From a virus: a stretch of DNA of 64,000 nt. The stretch is from the IMG/VR virus record IMGVR_UViG_3300031993_000069. The stretch is one strand, 5' to 3'. Within the stretch, counting starts at the first letter, position 1; the number at the start of each line of letters is the position of its first letter. This document shows positions 36,058 through 49,400 of this stretch, piece after piece. The notes below the pieces were generated by a model. The model worked only from the letters and a program-made list of their open reading frames with translations. It had not been told where the DNA came from and did no database searches. A program made the translations under genes and the position numbers.

Positions 36058-36609
36058 ATGCAAGATAAATATATTACACCTGCATATAAGCACAGTAAGC
36101 TAGGAAATTTCTTATTTTTCTTATGTGCAAAGGTTACAAGAGGCCTTGTAAAAGCTAGATGGCTTTATTATCTTTTAGCTTGCACTTGGGGCTTCATTTT
36201 TACATTAATTGGTCTATTAATCACAGGGGTTTTAGCTATCGCAAAGCTCTTTAATAAAAATATTTCTTTTGAAAAATATAATTGGATTTACTTTGCAAAA
36301 GTCGGTCCTGATTATTGGGGTGGTTTTGAAATGGGCTTGATGTTTGTTAGAGACCAAAAATCTTATTATGTAATTAATGAACATGAATTTGGACATACTT
36401 TCCAAAACTGTTTATTTGGCCCATTCATGTTATTTTTAGTCAGTTTACCATCAGCAATTCGCTATTGGTATAGAGAATTAAAATATGAAAGAAAAGGCTT
36501 AATTCCACCTACAGATTATGATGCAATTTGGTTTGAAGATGCCGCAACTCGCTGCGGTGCTTATGCAGTAGCTCAAATTGCTCAAAAAAGAATTAATAAA
36601 AAGAAATAA
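36058..36609 (+). CDS. membrane protein with HExxH zinc-metallopeptidase motif
   Basis: Multiple TM segments plus NEHEFGHTF. Upstream motif TTTTGCTAAATTAACTGATATCC. Confidence 0.45.
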   Translation: MQDKYITPAYKHSKLGNFLFFLCAKVTRGLVKARWLYYLLACTWGFIFTLIGLLITGVLAIAKLFNKNISFEKYNWIYFAKVGPDYWGGFEMGLMFVRDQKSYYVINEHEFGHTFQNCLFGPFMLFLVSLPSAIRYWYRELKYERKGLIPPTDYDAIWFEDAATRCGAYAVAQIAQKRINKKK

Positions 36610-36671
36610 TGTGCTAAATTAATTGATAAAGGCGACTTTATTGGGAATGAACTAAACAGGAGGAACCAGAA

Positions 36672-37241
36672 ATGCCAGATTGGTTAACAATTGTTATTGC
36701 TGTAATAGGCTTAATCGGTACTGTTTTAGGCGTTCTAGGTGTTTCCGGATACCTCGGTGAGCGCGCTAAATTCAAGGCTGAAAAGAAAAACAAAAAAGAA
36801 GAAAAAACTGAGATGGAACTTGAGCAACTTCATGTCAAGCAAATGGAGGACACATTCCGCTCCGTATATCGTGAAGAGTCGCAAGGAATTAGAGACGAAT
36901 TATCAGAAATCAACAAAGAAATCGTAGAAATCAAAGAGGATTTGTCAGCGAATACCGTTGGAACAGTTACAATTCTTCGTGATAGAATGAAGGCGATCTT
37001 AGATGATTGTAGAAATGCTGGATATGCCAATACAAGTACAAAAGGCAACTGGCACGAACTCTACAATACATACAAAAGTTTAGGTGGAAACCACTTCAAA
37101 GAATACGTCGATGCTTGGAAAGCTGAATTAGACGGATTACCAAGCGTTCCACCAGAACCAGTTAAGGTTAGAGGCAGAAGAAGTTCAACATCTATTGAAG
37201 GCGTTATGCCAGTTGATGCTTCTGTTAAAAATAAAAAGTAA
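36672..37241 (+). CDS. membrane-anchored coiled-coil protein (189 aa)
   Basis: N-terminal TM followed by a charged coiled coil. Upstream GTGCTAAATTAATTGATAAA motif. Confidence 0.5.
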   Translation: MPDWLTIVIAVIGLIGTVLGVLGVSGYLGERAKFKAEKKNKKEEKTEMELEQLHVKQMEDTFRSVYREESQGIRDELSEINKEIVEIKEDLSANTVGTVTILRDRMKAILDDCRNAGYANTSTKGNWHELYNTYKSLGGNHFKEYVDAWKAELDGLPSVPPEPVKVRGRRSSTSIEGVMPVDASVKNKK

Positions 37242-37262
37242 TAGGAAAGGACACAAAATATT

Positions 37263-37607
37263 ATGGGTGATTGGATTACAACAGTTAACGGATTAATTAC
37301 ATTAATCACTGCTTTAATTGGTTTAATCGGCACTGGCGTAGGTACATTCTTCGCTATCAAAAACTGGATTAAAGCCACAAAAGAAAAGAGTTCTAAAGAG
37401 ATTTGGAACATGATTATGGAAATGGCTGATGCAGCTATGAAAGAATATGAACATTCTTCATTACATGGGGCCGATAAAAAGACAGCAGTCATTGAATCTG
37501 TAAAAGCAAGCTGCAAAGCAGCTGGTGTTGATATTGACCTATTCGTTGACCAATTAAGCGCATACATTGAAGATGCAATTAAATGGTATAACGGAATGAA
37601 AAAATAG
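37263..37607 (+). CDS. holin-like small membrane protein (114 aa)
   Basis: N-terminal TM segment LITLITALIGLIGTGVGTFFAI and a charged C-terminus. Sits upstream of the structural block. Confidence 0.4.
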   Translation: MGDWITTVNGLITLITALIGLIGTGVGTFFAIKNWIKATKEKSSKEIWNMIMEMADAAMKEYEHSSLHGADKKTAVIESVKASCKAAGVDIDLFVDQLSAYIEDAIKWYNGMKK

Positions 37608-37623
37608 TCAATGATTATTATGA

Positions 37624-37661
37624 GGGCCCGAATACCATATAGGATTATTGGGCCCTTTATT
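37624..37661 (+). terminator. rho-independent terminator
   Basis: GGGCCCGAATACCATATAGGATTATTGGGCCC followed by TTTATT. Confidence 0.8.
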
Positions 37662-37681
37662 AAATTAATGGAGGTTTTAAA

Positions 37682-38044
37682 ATGCATAAAATAGCTGAAA
37701 ACGGAATTATAACAATGACCGCAGGCGATTCTTTGCTTGCACCTCTTTATATTAGCTATGATACTCCAGAAGGCTCTGAAGCCTATTATACCTTAGAGGG
37801 AAACGATAAGGTATATTTTGCCATTTTAGAGCCACAACAACCATTTGAAGCTGGATTAGTTAGAAAAATCTATACAGCTGAAAACTTAAACAAATATGGT
37901 TGCGTTATTATTGAATTAGACGCAACTGATACTGAAAATCTTCGTAAGGGAACTTATTATTACGAAATCAAATTTTCAACCATTAAAAACAATAAAGAAT
38001 ACGTTGATACAATTGTTCCTAGAAGAAAATTATACATTATTTAA
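37682..38044 (+). CDS. hypothetical structural protein (120 aa)
   Basis: ORF with RBS GGAGG. Confidence 0.5.
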   Translation: MHKIAENGIITMTAGDSLLAPLYISYDTPEGSEAYYTLEGNDKVYFAILEPQQPFEAGLVRKIYTAENLNKYGCVIIELDATDTENLRKGTYYYEIKFSTIKNNKEYVDTIVPRRKLYII

Positions 38045-38055
38045 GGGGCGTATTT

Positions 38056-38472
38056 ATGGATTATATTAAAGGAAAATTAAAGATATTAGGCGACTTAGAA
38101 TACTTTAACAGAGACAGCGCTTATTATAGCCCACGTGGTATCAATCTTACTGGAGCTGAAATAGTTGCTGACATCGATACCGCTTTAATTGAGCTTTCTG
38201 AATTCAAGGTTTATTTAACTTTAGAAAGTACTTTTGAGCTTACCTTTAATACTAATTTATATGCTCGTGGTTTATATGAAACTGTTATTTATCCAGCAAC
38301 TTATGGACCATTAGAGCATATTTTCTGTGTCGGTCCATTAGAAACCATTGACCTTAAAGACAACTGGGAACAAAAAGTTGTTATGATTAACAACAAAGCA
38401 TATTATGCCTATACTCAAAAGAATAGAGTAAAGGATAACAATTTAACTTATAGATTTGTAGTAAATAGATAG
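38056..38472 (+). CDS. hypothetical structural protein (138 aa)
   Basis: ORF. Confidence 0.5.
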   Translation: MDYIKGKLKILGDLEYFNRDSAYYSPRGINLTGAEIVADIDTALIELSEFKVYLTLESTFELTFNTNLYARGLYETVIYPATYGPLEHIFCVGPLETIDLKDNWEQKVVMINNKAYYAYTQKNRVKDNNLTYRFVVNR

Positions 38473-38486
38473 GAGGAAGCTAGAAC

Positions 38487-41400
38487 ATGGTACAATTTCC
38501 AAGTGGTTTAATAATTACATCTAAAGAGCCAATAGATTGCCGTTTAGCTTTAACAAATGCTGAGATGCTTGCAATCAGCCTTGCAATCAGAAATAATCGT
38601 TCAGGATCAGCGATTGAAGACATTAGCGATTATAACATGCCGGATAAATATCTTAGCATTAGCGAAGATGACGGCAGAGTTTATTATTTCTATTGTGAAG
38701 ACCCAAACATTGAGTCAAAGCATAATGACTGGCAAGAAGAAACCGGTTATTTTAAAGCTTCCGAATATAGATTAGATGAAGCTTTAGCAGCAGAAATTGC
38801 TAGAGCTATTGCTCGTGAAGATGATATTGATGAAAGAGCTTTACATAAAAAGTTCTGGGGACCAGCTAAAGTTGAGTCTGTCGAGGGCAAAAAGATTTGG
38901 TTTGGTGAACAAGAATATCGTAATAACTTAGTCTTAACTGGAACAGACATCACCGGCGTTAGAAAATTAAAAACAGATTGGGCTTATATTGAAGAAGCCT
39001 TTATTGATAAAGAAAAGACTGGAACTGCAGACATTTTAACTGCAAATGTTGAAACTGCTAATATTGAAACAGCAAATATCGTTACTGAAAACGTTCAAAC
39101 TGAAAACATCGATACTATCAATGCTTTACATGCAAATATCGAAGATGCTAATATTGGCACAGCAAAAGTTGATACTGCCAACATTGAAAACGGCAATATT
39201 GAAAATGAAACAGTCAAAGTTTCTGGTATTGTAACTGCAAATATCAATAAAGCAAATGTTGATACCGCAGATATTTTACATGCTCACATTGGTGATGAAA
39301 CTGTTACAAGTGCAAATATTAATGATGCAGATATCGCAACATTAGATGTTACTATAAAAGCTGAAATTAAAGAAGCTTCTATTGAAACTGTCGCTATTGA
39401 TGAAGAAACAGTAACTACTTCAAATATTGATAGTGCAAAAATTAGAACTGAAGAAGTTGGTACTTCTAATATTACAACTGCAAATATCAATCATACTCTT
39501 ACTGATTTATTAGATGCTGATGATGCTAATATTGATACATTAGATGTAAATGTCAAAGCCAATATTAATGATGAGTCAGTTGGAACCTCTGATATTGGAA
39601 CAGCAGGAATTGGAACTGCAAACATCGGAACAGCTAACATTGGCATTAAAGCAAATATCAATGAAGCGGCTATTGGAACGGCTGGTATTGGTGATGCTGA
39701 TATTGCTACTTTAGATGTCACAACAAGCGCAAATATTAAATCAGCTTCTGTTGAAACTGCAACAATTGATGCTGAAACAGTCACAACTTCTGATATAACC
39801 ACAGCAAATATTGGCACTGCTAATGTTGGAACATTAAATGTCGGAACAAAGGCAAATATCAATGATGAGGCTGTCGGCACTTCTACAATTGGAACATTAC
39901 ACGTTACTGAAACTGCTGAAGTTGACGGAAACATCACTACACATTCAGATTTATATGTAGAAGCTCAAAAGACTGCTGCTAATACAGAAAATGCACTTAA
40001 GATTAATTCTTCTGGAAAAGTCGAAAAAGTTGATTTAACAACTGCTTCCCCAACCAAGAATGGTAAGACTTTAGAATATATCGATAGTGTTTCACAAGAC
40101 AGCATTGGTAAGATTTCTGCTACAAAGAAAGAAATCACATTAACTGATGGCGGTCAAGGAACACTTACATTAAATGACAGTGATATTACTATCACAAATT
40201 TAACAACTTCTGGAAAACCAACATTCACAGGAGTTACACTTTCTAGTGCTCCATTAGCAGATACAGATGCTACAACAAAGAAATATGTAGATGATGCTGA
40301 TAGTGATTTACAATCTCAAATCGATACTATTGAGTCAAGAACAGATGTCATTGACGTTGTTGCTTGCTATGACTATAATAACTACGAAGAACCAAAACCA
40401 ACTTCTGATATCGTCCACTATGATACTTCAAGCGGAAAGATTTCAGACAAAGACGTTGTTAAGGTCTTAATTGATGAAACTCACAATGATGCTGTTTCTT
40501 ATTATAGATATTCTACAAGCACAAGCTCATTCAGCTATGTAGGTACTGTTGAAGCTTATTATACTAAAGCTGAAACAGATGGCTTTGTTTCTGGTTTACA
40601 AGCTCAAATTGATGAAGATATCGAAGTTGTTCCTTATCAAACAACTACTGCTTTAACAGATAGCCAAATGGCAAAAGCTTATGCTGGCAAATTGGCAGTT
40701 TATTTTAGTAATCATTTATTTATTTTAACAAATATTAAAACTGACAAACTTATTTTTAGCTATTTTGAATATTCTGGTGAGGATCGTACAACACCATTTC
40801 CAGTAAGTAAAAAATTATTAACATATGAGATTCGTTTAGACAGGGCAACAAAGATGTTCTCAGGTCATGGCGGATCAGAAGAGAATATCATTTCTGCCTA
40901 TGATAATTCTATTGCAAATAACTTAATTCCAGATGCTGCTGGAAAGCAAATCATCCGTGCTCTTAACTTAAGAAAAACACAAGATATGATTGCAAATGTT
41001 TATGATGCAACTGCAACATATGCTTATGGTGATTATTGTATTTATCAAAATGATTTCTATAAATGCACGACTGCAATTACTTCAGCAGAAGCTTGGAATT
41101 CTAGTCATTGGACAAAGATGACTTTGGCTGATGCTAGTAATGAAGATGATATTGAAATTATTGATTATCAATCCAATACTCCATTAACAGATGCTCAAGT
41201 AAAAAAGGCTAAAGAAGGTAAGTTAGTAGTTAAAGGTAATTGAGGCTATGGATTAACTTATTATGCAAAAGCCTTTAGACAAGACAATAATTATATTTAT
41301 TTTTTAGGCAATCAAAAAGAAAGTACAATATTTAACCCAGATAGTCCAACTAGACCTCCTGTAATGGCTGGCATTTTTATGCCTTATTGTACACTATCCT

Positions 41401-42671
41401 TATCTACAAAAATGTTAGGAAATCCTAGCACTCAAGAATTAGACACGATATCTCTTGATAGTAGAAATTATATGTCCCTTGGAACAACACCAGAGTTAAC
41501 AAAAGGTAGAGTTGTTCTTGAAAGTAATTTACGTCGCTTAAGAGATATGCTCGCAGCTGAATATAGCTCATCAGCAACTTACTCTGTCGGAGATTATGTA
41601 ATTTATCAAAATGAATTATATAGATGTTCTACAGCTATTACAACTGCTGAAACTTGGACTGCAGCACACTGGACTAAGACAAGTTTAAGTAATGAAGTTG
41701 AAACTGAAAAAATTCAAGTAGTTACCCTTAGCAGCAGCGGTACTGGTACATTTTCAGATAGTGACTATGCTAAAGTATTAAGAAATAATTGTCTTTTAAA
41801 AGATGTCGATGGTATTTATTACCATAAATTCTATGAGACCGATAGCTTTATATCGTATATTCAAATACATGGAATTTCAACTAGTAGTATAAACTTTAAA
41901 ACTTATTCTATTACAAAAAGTTCAAAAACATATACAAATGGAACAACTCTTAATATAAGATCTATTAATATTAATGAAAGTTTAAGTGGAAACGAAGTAG
42001 AAACTAAAGAGTTAACAGTTGAGTCTAATAAATACAAAGTCCTTAATTCAGAACAATTCTATCCAGCTTATAATTCAACATACACATATTCAATTGGTGA
42101 TATTGTTTCCTATAAGGGAAAATTCTATATTTGTATTTCTGCTATTTCTACGGCAGAAGCTTGGACGGCTGCTCACTGGGCTGAGACAAATCCTGGAACA
42201 CAAATAGTTGAATTAGCTAGTGGTAGTGGTACATTTTCTGATATAGAGTTTGCAAAAGTTAATAGTCTTGATTGCGTTATTAGTTTTAGCAAAAGATTAT
42301 ATTACAGAGTAAATAATAATGCTTTGCCTGATAATATTGATTATCGAGTAATACATACTTCTGTAATGAACGGCGATCTTACTTTTGATACTATTCGTAT
42401 CACTAAATCTACAAAATCTTATGTTAGAAGCGATATGTCAGCTGGTGTTTCAAGAGTTGCGGCTAACCAAACACTTGCAGGCACTGAAGCAGAACTTACA
42501 AGCTTAACTGTAGGACAAACTAAATATAAAGTTCCAACTCAAGCTCAATCTTTAGCTTATTTAACAACAGCTCCAACGGCAGACAATACAGATGGAGTTA
42601 AATTAGTTGTATTAAGCCAAGAGCCAGCAACAAGATACGAAGGTTATCTATATATAATCACGGAGGAATAA
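38487..42671 (+). CDS. giant tail-fibre protein (~1394 aa) spanning track ORFs 38487..41243 and 41364..42671 via in-frame TGA (Trp) at 41241
   Basis: The two ORFs are in the same frame with no other stop between them. N-terminal part carries about 45 short T-A-N-I repeats. Three copies of a ~40-aa motif Y.(V/I)GD.V.Y...(Y/F)Y.C..AI(T/S).AE.W...HW(T/A).T. Confidence 0.6.
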
Positions 42672-42675
42672 CACA

Positions 42676-42921
42676 ATGCCTTTATTCCCAGGATTAAAAA
42701 ACGTTGACCATATATATTTCGGCGGCAAGAATGTCGTTAAGATTTACTTTGGTCAAAAAGTAGTATATGAAGAAGGAGTCTTGTACTCTTCAGACAATAA
42801 GGCATTGGCAGACACAAATGGCTTAATTTTAGAGCCATCAACCGAAACAAACTTCACATTGGCAGACGGAAAGACAATGTATACTGCCGATGGATTAATA
42901 TTCAGTGCATTAGAGAATTAA
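42676..42921 (+). CDS. hypothetical protein (81 aa)
   Basis: ORF. Confidence 0.45.
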   Translation: MPLFPGLKNVDHIYFGGKNVVKIYFGQKVVYEEGVLYSSDNKALADTNGLILEPSTETNFTLADGKTMYTADGLIFSALEN

Positions 42922-42932
42922 GGAGATAAATT

Positions 42933-44024
42933 ATGGCAAAATATCAACTTACACAAACAGCCGAAGCTATTCAAAGGGATTTAGATTTAACAGAAGCCCT
43001 TGGTTTAGAATATGACGGCACAGTAATGTATTATGGCGGCGATATTGTAAGAAAAGACAATAAATTTTATCAATGCAATAGCGCTACTACATATGGCCCA
43101 ACAGCCACATTCGATACGACATATTGGGATGTAGTCAGCTTAAACGAAGTAAAAGAATGGCTAATCAAAAGAATTGGCTGGGCAATTACAGACCACGATT
43201 ATAATTCTACTTATTCTTATAGCGCTGGAGACACGGTTTGTTTCAAAGGATACTTATATGTCGCCAATACTGATATTGCGGCTCCTGCTGGCACATTTGA
43301 TTATACAAAATGGACAAAGACTTCTGTTGAAGAGCTCATTTGGGCAAAACAAGATACATTAGTTTCAGGAACCAATATCAAAACAGTTCACGGTAACTCT
43401 ATTTTAGGAAGTGGCGATATTGATGTCGTCGGTCCAATTGGCCCTACTGGAGCTACAGGACCTCAAGGGCCTACTGGAAAGACCGGGGCAACTGGACCAA
43501 CTGGACCGCAAGGACCTACAGGAAAGACTGGTCCTCAAGGTCCTACTGGTAAGACAGGGACAGGTAATCAAGGGCCTACTGGAAAAACAGGTCCGCAAGG
43601 CCCAACCGGAAAGACTGGTGGAACTGGTCCAACTGGCGCAAGTGGTGATCCATCAAGTTTTTATTGGGCAAATATTCAAATTCAAACCCAATCATCAACT
43701 TCTAAATCACCAACATTCAATGAATGTACTGCGACTAAATTCTATGCAACATCAGATAGCCGTTTAAAAGAGAATATCAAACCATTTGATAGTGAAAAAT
43801 CAATTTTAGACTTACCGATTTATGAATTCGATTTCAAGTCTAGCGGTAAACACGCAATTGGCTGTTTAGCTCAGGATTTGCAAGGAATTTGCCCAGAAAT
43901 CGTTTATGAAAATGAAGAAGGCTATTTAGCTATCGAAGAGTCTAAATTAGCATATTTATTAATCTTAGAAATGAGAAAAGAGATTTCAGCATTAAAAGAA
44001 GAAATCAAAGAATTAAAGAAGTAG
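42933..44024 (+). CDS. collagen-like tail fibre with C-terminal peptidase-S74 intramolecular-chaperone domain
   Basis: Two copies of the Y..GD.V.....Y.....T motif, a conserved junction [20 protein letters not shown], and about 20 G-P-T-G-x-T triplets. C-terminus [13 protein letters not shown]...LPIYEF matches the S74 chaperone start SDxRLKENI. Confidence 0.7.
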   Translation: MAKYQLTQTAEAIQRDLDLTEALGLEYDGTVMYYGGDIVRKDNKFYQCNSATTYGPTATFDTTYWDVVSLNEVKEWLIKRIGWAITDHDYNSTYSYSAGDTVCFKGYLYVANTDIAAPAGTFDYTKWTKTSVEELIWAKQDTLVSGTNIKTVHGNSILGSGDIDVVGPIGPTGATGPQGPTGKTGATGPTGPQGPTGKTGPQGPTGKTGTGNQGPTGKTGPQGPTGKTGGTGPTGASGDPSSFYWANIQIQTQSSTSKSPTFNECTATKFYATSDSRLKENIKPFDSEKSILDLPIYEFDFKSSGKHAIGCLAQDLQGICPEIVYENEEGYLAIEESKLAYLLILEMRKEISALKEEIKELKK

Positions 44025-44038
44025 AAAGGAGTTAATCT

Positions 44039-45325
44039 ATGGCAGGCGCAAGATATTTTTATGGCACTGGTTCATCAGATTATATAGGCGAGCAAGCTGC
44101 AAAAGTTGCAAGCAGCAGTGACTATACGACTCCTTTAAGCAATACAGTAATTAATAGCTATTTTTCTGATACTAGTGCTAATTATTCATATATAACCCCA
44201 AGAGAAGACGCTGGTAATACTTATGGTTTATGGGGAAACTATGACTACTATAAAATAGCTGCAAATAAATTTTATACAAAAACTAATAATGTAGAGACAG
44301 TCTTAAAGTTTGTTGATAGAAGGTCTGCACCGCTTTTATCTAAAGCAACTAGAGATACAAACTGGGGCCGTTGTCAAGCACCCTTTAGTTATTATGCTTT
44401 TGCTCATAATTTTGCGGGTTATACTGCAAAACTTTATTGGGATAGCACAAATAATAGAATTCAAGTAAATGTTTATAGCGATGATAATTATTCATCATTA
44501 AATACATCCTTTACCATCAATGCTTATGGCGTATTCATCATGATTGCCGGCGGCGGTGGCGGTGGAGGGGGCGGAGACGCCCAGTACTGAGGCCAAGGAA
44601 GTCCCGGCGGCGGTGGCGGCGGAGGCGGTGGAACTGCCCTCGTCTATCTTGATCTTAGATGATTAAATAATTACAGTTCTGGTTGTTATGCCAGAATTAA
44701 GGTTGGAACTGGCGGTTCAGGGGGCTCTGGCGGGGCTGGATTCCAATCAGGTAGTGATGGAACTTCTACCGATATAGATATTTGTAGCTCTTCTGGTACT
44801 TCTATGTATTATATTACTGCTTATCCTGGTAAAGGCGGAGCAGGACATGCTTGGGACGTAGCTGCTGATTCAGCTGGCGGCAAGGGTGGAACAGTAGACT
44901 GAGGACATCAACAAAGTCAATGGGCATCAATGTCAACAGGAATTAAAGTATTAAGTTCTGCTACTGGCGGAAAAGGTGGAGATGGCTGTCGTGGTAGCAG
45001 TGGTTATTCTGGCAGTTATATTTCTTCAGGAAGCTGAGGATTGCCATTCTCAAATTCTTGGGGTAAAACAGATACATTTACATACGGTAGCTCTACTTGC
45101 TATATGGGCGGTGGAGGCTCAAACAATAACCAAGGTGGAGGAGGTGGAGGTTGCGGAGCTGGCTATAAAGACTCGCAATATCCAACTGCCACATCAGGTT
45201 GCGGAATGGGCGGACGCGGTGGTGGTGAAAGCCAAGCCGGATTATCTGGCGGAAGTGGTTTCTGTGGAATATTTTATGGATATGTTGCAGGAATTGATTC
45301 TGGCTGCGATCCAAAAACTGTTTAA
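44039..45325 (+). CDS. glycine-rich fibre/structural protein (~428 aa) containing 4 in-frame TGA (Trp) codons
   Basis: Track ORFs 44039..44590 and 45041..45325 are in the same frame. Gly runs (GGGGGGGGG) and TGAs at ~44588, 44659, 44899 and 45036 sit in Gly/Ser-rich context. Confidence 0.55.
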
Positions 45326-45345
45326 TAATGAGGAGATAAAAACTT

Positions 45346-46383
45346 ATGGGAAAATACACAAGTAAATACACAGGACAACAAATAGATGATAAACTTGATG
45401 CTATTAGTAATATTCCAGTTGGTGCATTAAAAACTGCTAATGATGATTTAGCTATTGGTTATAATTCTACAACAAATTCAACGGTTGGAAGCCATAATAC
45501 TGCTTATGGAACTAATGCAGATGCTAGAGGTGATGATAGTGTTAGCATTGGAATGGACTCAAAAGCTACTGGAAAACATAGTGTAGCTCTTGGAAGATTT
45601 GCTTATGCTACTGCAGATTATGCTGTTGCTGTTGGTCGTGGAGCACAGGCCGTATATAATTATACTACTGCCATTGGCTATGGTGCGGTGGCTAATAATG
45701 GATATGACTTGGCAATTGGCTATAATGCTCGTGCTTCTAAAGCACAGTCTATGGCTATTGGGAGCGGCGCTGAAGCTAAGCAAGATTATAGTACAGCTTT
45801 AGGTCGTAATGCTTCTGTAGATGGCGTAGGGTCTATTGCGATTGGCCGTAATTCAGCTATTGGTAGTAATTGTAGTTATGCAATATCAATTGGAACACAA
45901 ACTAAAACATATGTTTCAAATTGAATTAATTTTGATGGAGAATCAAATGACTATATTCGTACATTGTCTCTTTACGACCTAACTAAAATCTTTTTTAGAA
46001 ATGAAAATATAGATTCAAATAAAACTACACAAGCGGCCTATACTAATGGTAAAACATTACAAAATTATTTAGATGAAAAAATCACAGTATTAGCAACAGG
46101 TGCATTTACTACTTATACAGCAAAATCAATTGCAACATTAATCTCAGAAGGATATAATTATGTAAGACTTACTGGTTATCGTTCTGATGCTGATAAACAC
46201 CAAAGAAGCTGGTTAGTTAGCTTAGCAACTTTAAATGCTGGAACAACAGTTGAAATTCAAGAAGCAATTAGCGGTTGGACTACTGCTGCTTATATTTATA
46301 TCTTTAATAGTAATGGAAATATAGCTTGAGATGGCGGTGGTGGAATTACTGTCACAGTTAATTTAATTGAAGGCATTAAATAA
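45346..46383 (+). CDS. repeat-containing fibre protein (~345 aa) with 2 in-frame TGAs
   Basis: Track ORFs 45346..45924 and 45964..46329 are in the same frame. Repeats of AIG..A.A/SIG; TGAs at 45922 and 46327. Confidence 0.55.
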
Positions 46384-46406
46384 TAATTAAATTTAATAGA
46401 TATATT

Positions 46407-46438
46407 AGCAGATTTTAAGAGAATCTGCTTTTATTTTT
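46407..46438 (+). terminator. rho-independent terminator
   Basis: AGCAGATTTTAAGAGAATCTGCTTTTATTTTT. Confidence 0.8.
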
Positions 46439-46479
46439 GCTAAATTATATGATTAGTCCAAAGATAAGGAGATATAGAT

Positions 46480-49400
46480 ATGCCTGAATATAAACCAAAT
46501 TCCTCATTCTTATCCGAAAAAGAAGTAGTTCAGACCGCCAAAGATGTTGTTGCAGAAGTTCAAGTTGCAGACGTTCAAGTCAATGGCGTTTCTACTGTCG
46601 AAGAGGGTATTTCACATATTAATTTAAAAACAATTCATGGTCAATCTATCGTAGGCACTGGTAATATCGACGTTGTTGGTCCGCAAGGTCCAACAGGAGC
46701 TAAAGGAGCTGATGGTAAAGTAGGACCAACAGGTGCTACTGGAGCCAAAGGTGAAGACGGAGCCACTGGACCAACCGGTCCACAAGGCCCAGCCGGAGAA
46801 GCTGGCGCAGCTGGAAGCACTGGTCCAACTGGACCTCAAGGTCCCGCTGGTGAAGCTGGCTCTAAGGGCGAAGATGGAGCTTTAGGTCCTACAGGACCTC
46901 AAGGTCCTGCTGGAGCAGCTGGAAGTGAAGGCCCAATCGGCCCTACCGGTCCTCAAGGCGAGAAAGGTGACAATGGTAATGACGGAGCCGTTGGTCCAAC
47001 CGGACCTCAAGGCGAAACAGGCGCTACTGGCGCCATTGGACCAACCGGTGAAACCGGTCCTACTGGTCCTAAAGGTGAAGATGGAACAAGCTTCCGTATT
47101 TTAGCTAACGCTGAAGCATGTACTCAATTAGGTGATGGCTATGTAGATTATCGTGGCCATTTAATGGTTCTTACTAGCTTAGATCCAAGAAGCTTTACAG
47201 ATGCTGGAGAAATTCGTGGTCCTCAAGGTCCAACCGGTGAGGCTGGAGATAGAGGCCCAACTGGAGAAGCTGGCGAACAAGGACCTGTCGGACCTACTGG
47301 TCCGCAAGGCGAAGCCGGTGTTTCAGGAAGTGTAGGACCTACCGGTCCTGCGGGCGTAAATGGAAGTCAAGGACCTGTCGGCCCAACTGGTGAAGTTGGT
47401 CCTACTGGTGCAACTGGCCCAACCGGTAAAGATGGTAAAGATGGCTTAACCACAAGCGTAAGCGTAAATGGTAATACTTATACCCAAGTTGAAGGTTTAA
47501 TTACTTTACCAAATTATCCTGTCGTTCCAACAAATGTCAGTGCATTTACAAATGATGCTGGCTACATTACAAGCGTTTCTTGGACAGACATTCAAGGTGC
47601 TCCTACTGTTGGACAAGGCGTTTTAACTATTCAAAAAAATAATACTACAATTGATACATTCAGTGCCAATGCGACTGGAAATAAGACAATTAATATTTCA
47701 GTCCCAACAAAGGTTTCTGACTTAACAAATGATAGTAAATATGTTACAAAAGATGTAAATAACTTAACTAATTATACTGTTACTGGTGATTTAGCTGCAG
47801 TTGCTTTAAGCGGTGATTATTCAGATTTAACTAATAAGCCAAACTTCGCTACTGTCGCTTTAACCGGAAATTATAATGATTTAATTGGAAGACCTACCAT
47901 TCCAACTATTCCAGTCACAGACGTTCAAGTTGGCGGTGTTTCTGTATTAGACGGAACTATTGCTAAGATTAATAGTGTTATGGGTCCAACTGGTCCTGCT
48001 GGAAGCGCTGGACCTGCCGGTCCAACAGGCCCTGCGGGTATAGGAACTCAAGGACCAACCGGTCCTGCAGGAAGTAATGGTGCTACTGGTCCTACTGGTC
48101 CTGCCGGAACTGGAAGCCAAGGTCCTACAGGCGCAGCTGGTCCAACAGGCGCTCCTGGACAAATCGGTCCAACCGGACCTGCTGGAAGCGGAAGTCAAGG
48201 ACCTACCGGTGCGCAAGGGCCTACCGGCGATATGGGACCTACTGGTCCTGCTGGTTCTAATGGTAATGATGGTATTACTCCACATATCGGAACCAATGGT
48301 CACTGGTATATTGGTCAAACTGATACTGGCATTGTTGCTGAAGGTACTAATGGCGAAAATGGAAGTAAGATTTATTTTGGACAAGGCGTACCACAAGCAG
48401 GCTTTGGTTTAAATAATGACGTTTATATTGATTTATTCACTTATAATATTTATAATAAAGGTAATGGTTCTTGGATTTTCTCAGGAAATATCTTAGGTGA
48501 AACTGGTCCTATCGGACCTACTGGTGCTAGAGGTTTAGCAGGTCCTACTGGCGAACATGGTGCAGATGGTGCAGATGGACCACAAGGTCCTACTGGTCCA
48601 AAAGGCGCTGATGGACAAAGCCTTAATGTTAAAGGAACTGTTCCAAACTATGCTACATTAATGCAAATTACTGCTGCTGATGGAGACTACTATATTGTTG
48701 AAGTAGATGAAGAGCATGGTAATTTACGTGGTACATTATATATTTATAAAGGCAATCAATGGAAATACTTAGGACAATTTAGAGGTGCTGAGGGTCCTAC
48801 TGGTCATGTTGGCCCAGTCGGTCCAACTGGCCCACAAGGTCCTACTGGAAGAGTTGGTCCTACCGGAAAGATTGGCCCAACAGGTTTAACAGGTCCTACT
48901 GGTAAAACTGGCTCTGTTGGCCCAACAGGTTTAACAGGTCCTACTGGTAAAGACGGTCCTAAAGGTCCAACTGGTGATATTGGTCCTGTTGGTCCTACTG
49001 GAAACCCTGGTTCTACTGGCCCTACTGGAGAGGCCGGACCTACTGGACCTCAAGGTCCAACTGGTCCTAAAGGCGAGGATGGTAGATCAGTAAATATTAA
49101 ACCATCTGCTGCCGATTGCACAACTGTTGGTGATGCTTATATTGATACAACTAATAACCACTTAATGTTATTAATTGCTATTAATCCAAATGAATGAAGA
49201 GACTTAGGACAATTTGCTATTATCGGTCCAACAGGTCCTCAAGGACCTATTGGTCCTACTGGATTACAAGGTCCTATCGGTCCTTCCGGTTTAAGAGGTC
49301 CAACAGGTGCTTCTGGTTTATTAGGACCTACCGGTAAAACAGGTCCGACTGGCTCCGCTGGTTCTATGGGTCCTACAGGCCCATCTGGCGTTGGTAGCCA

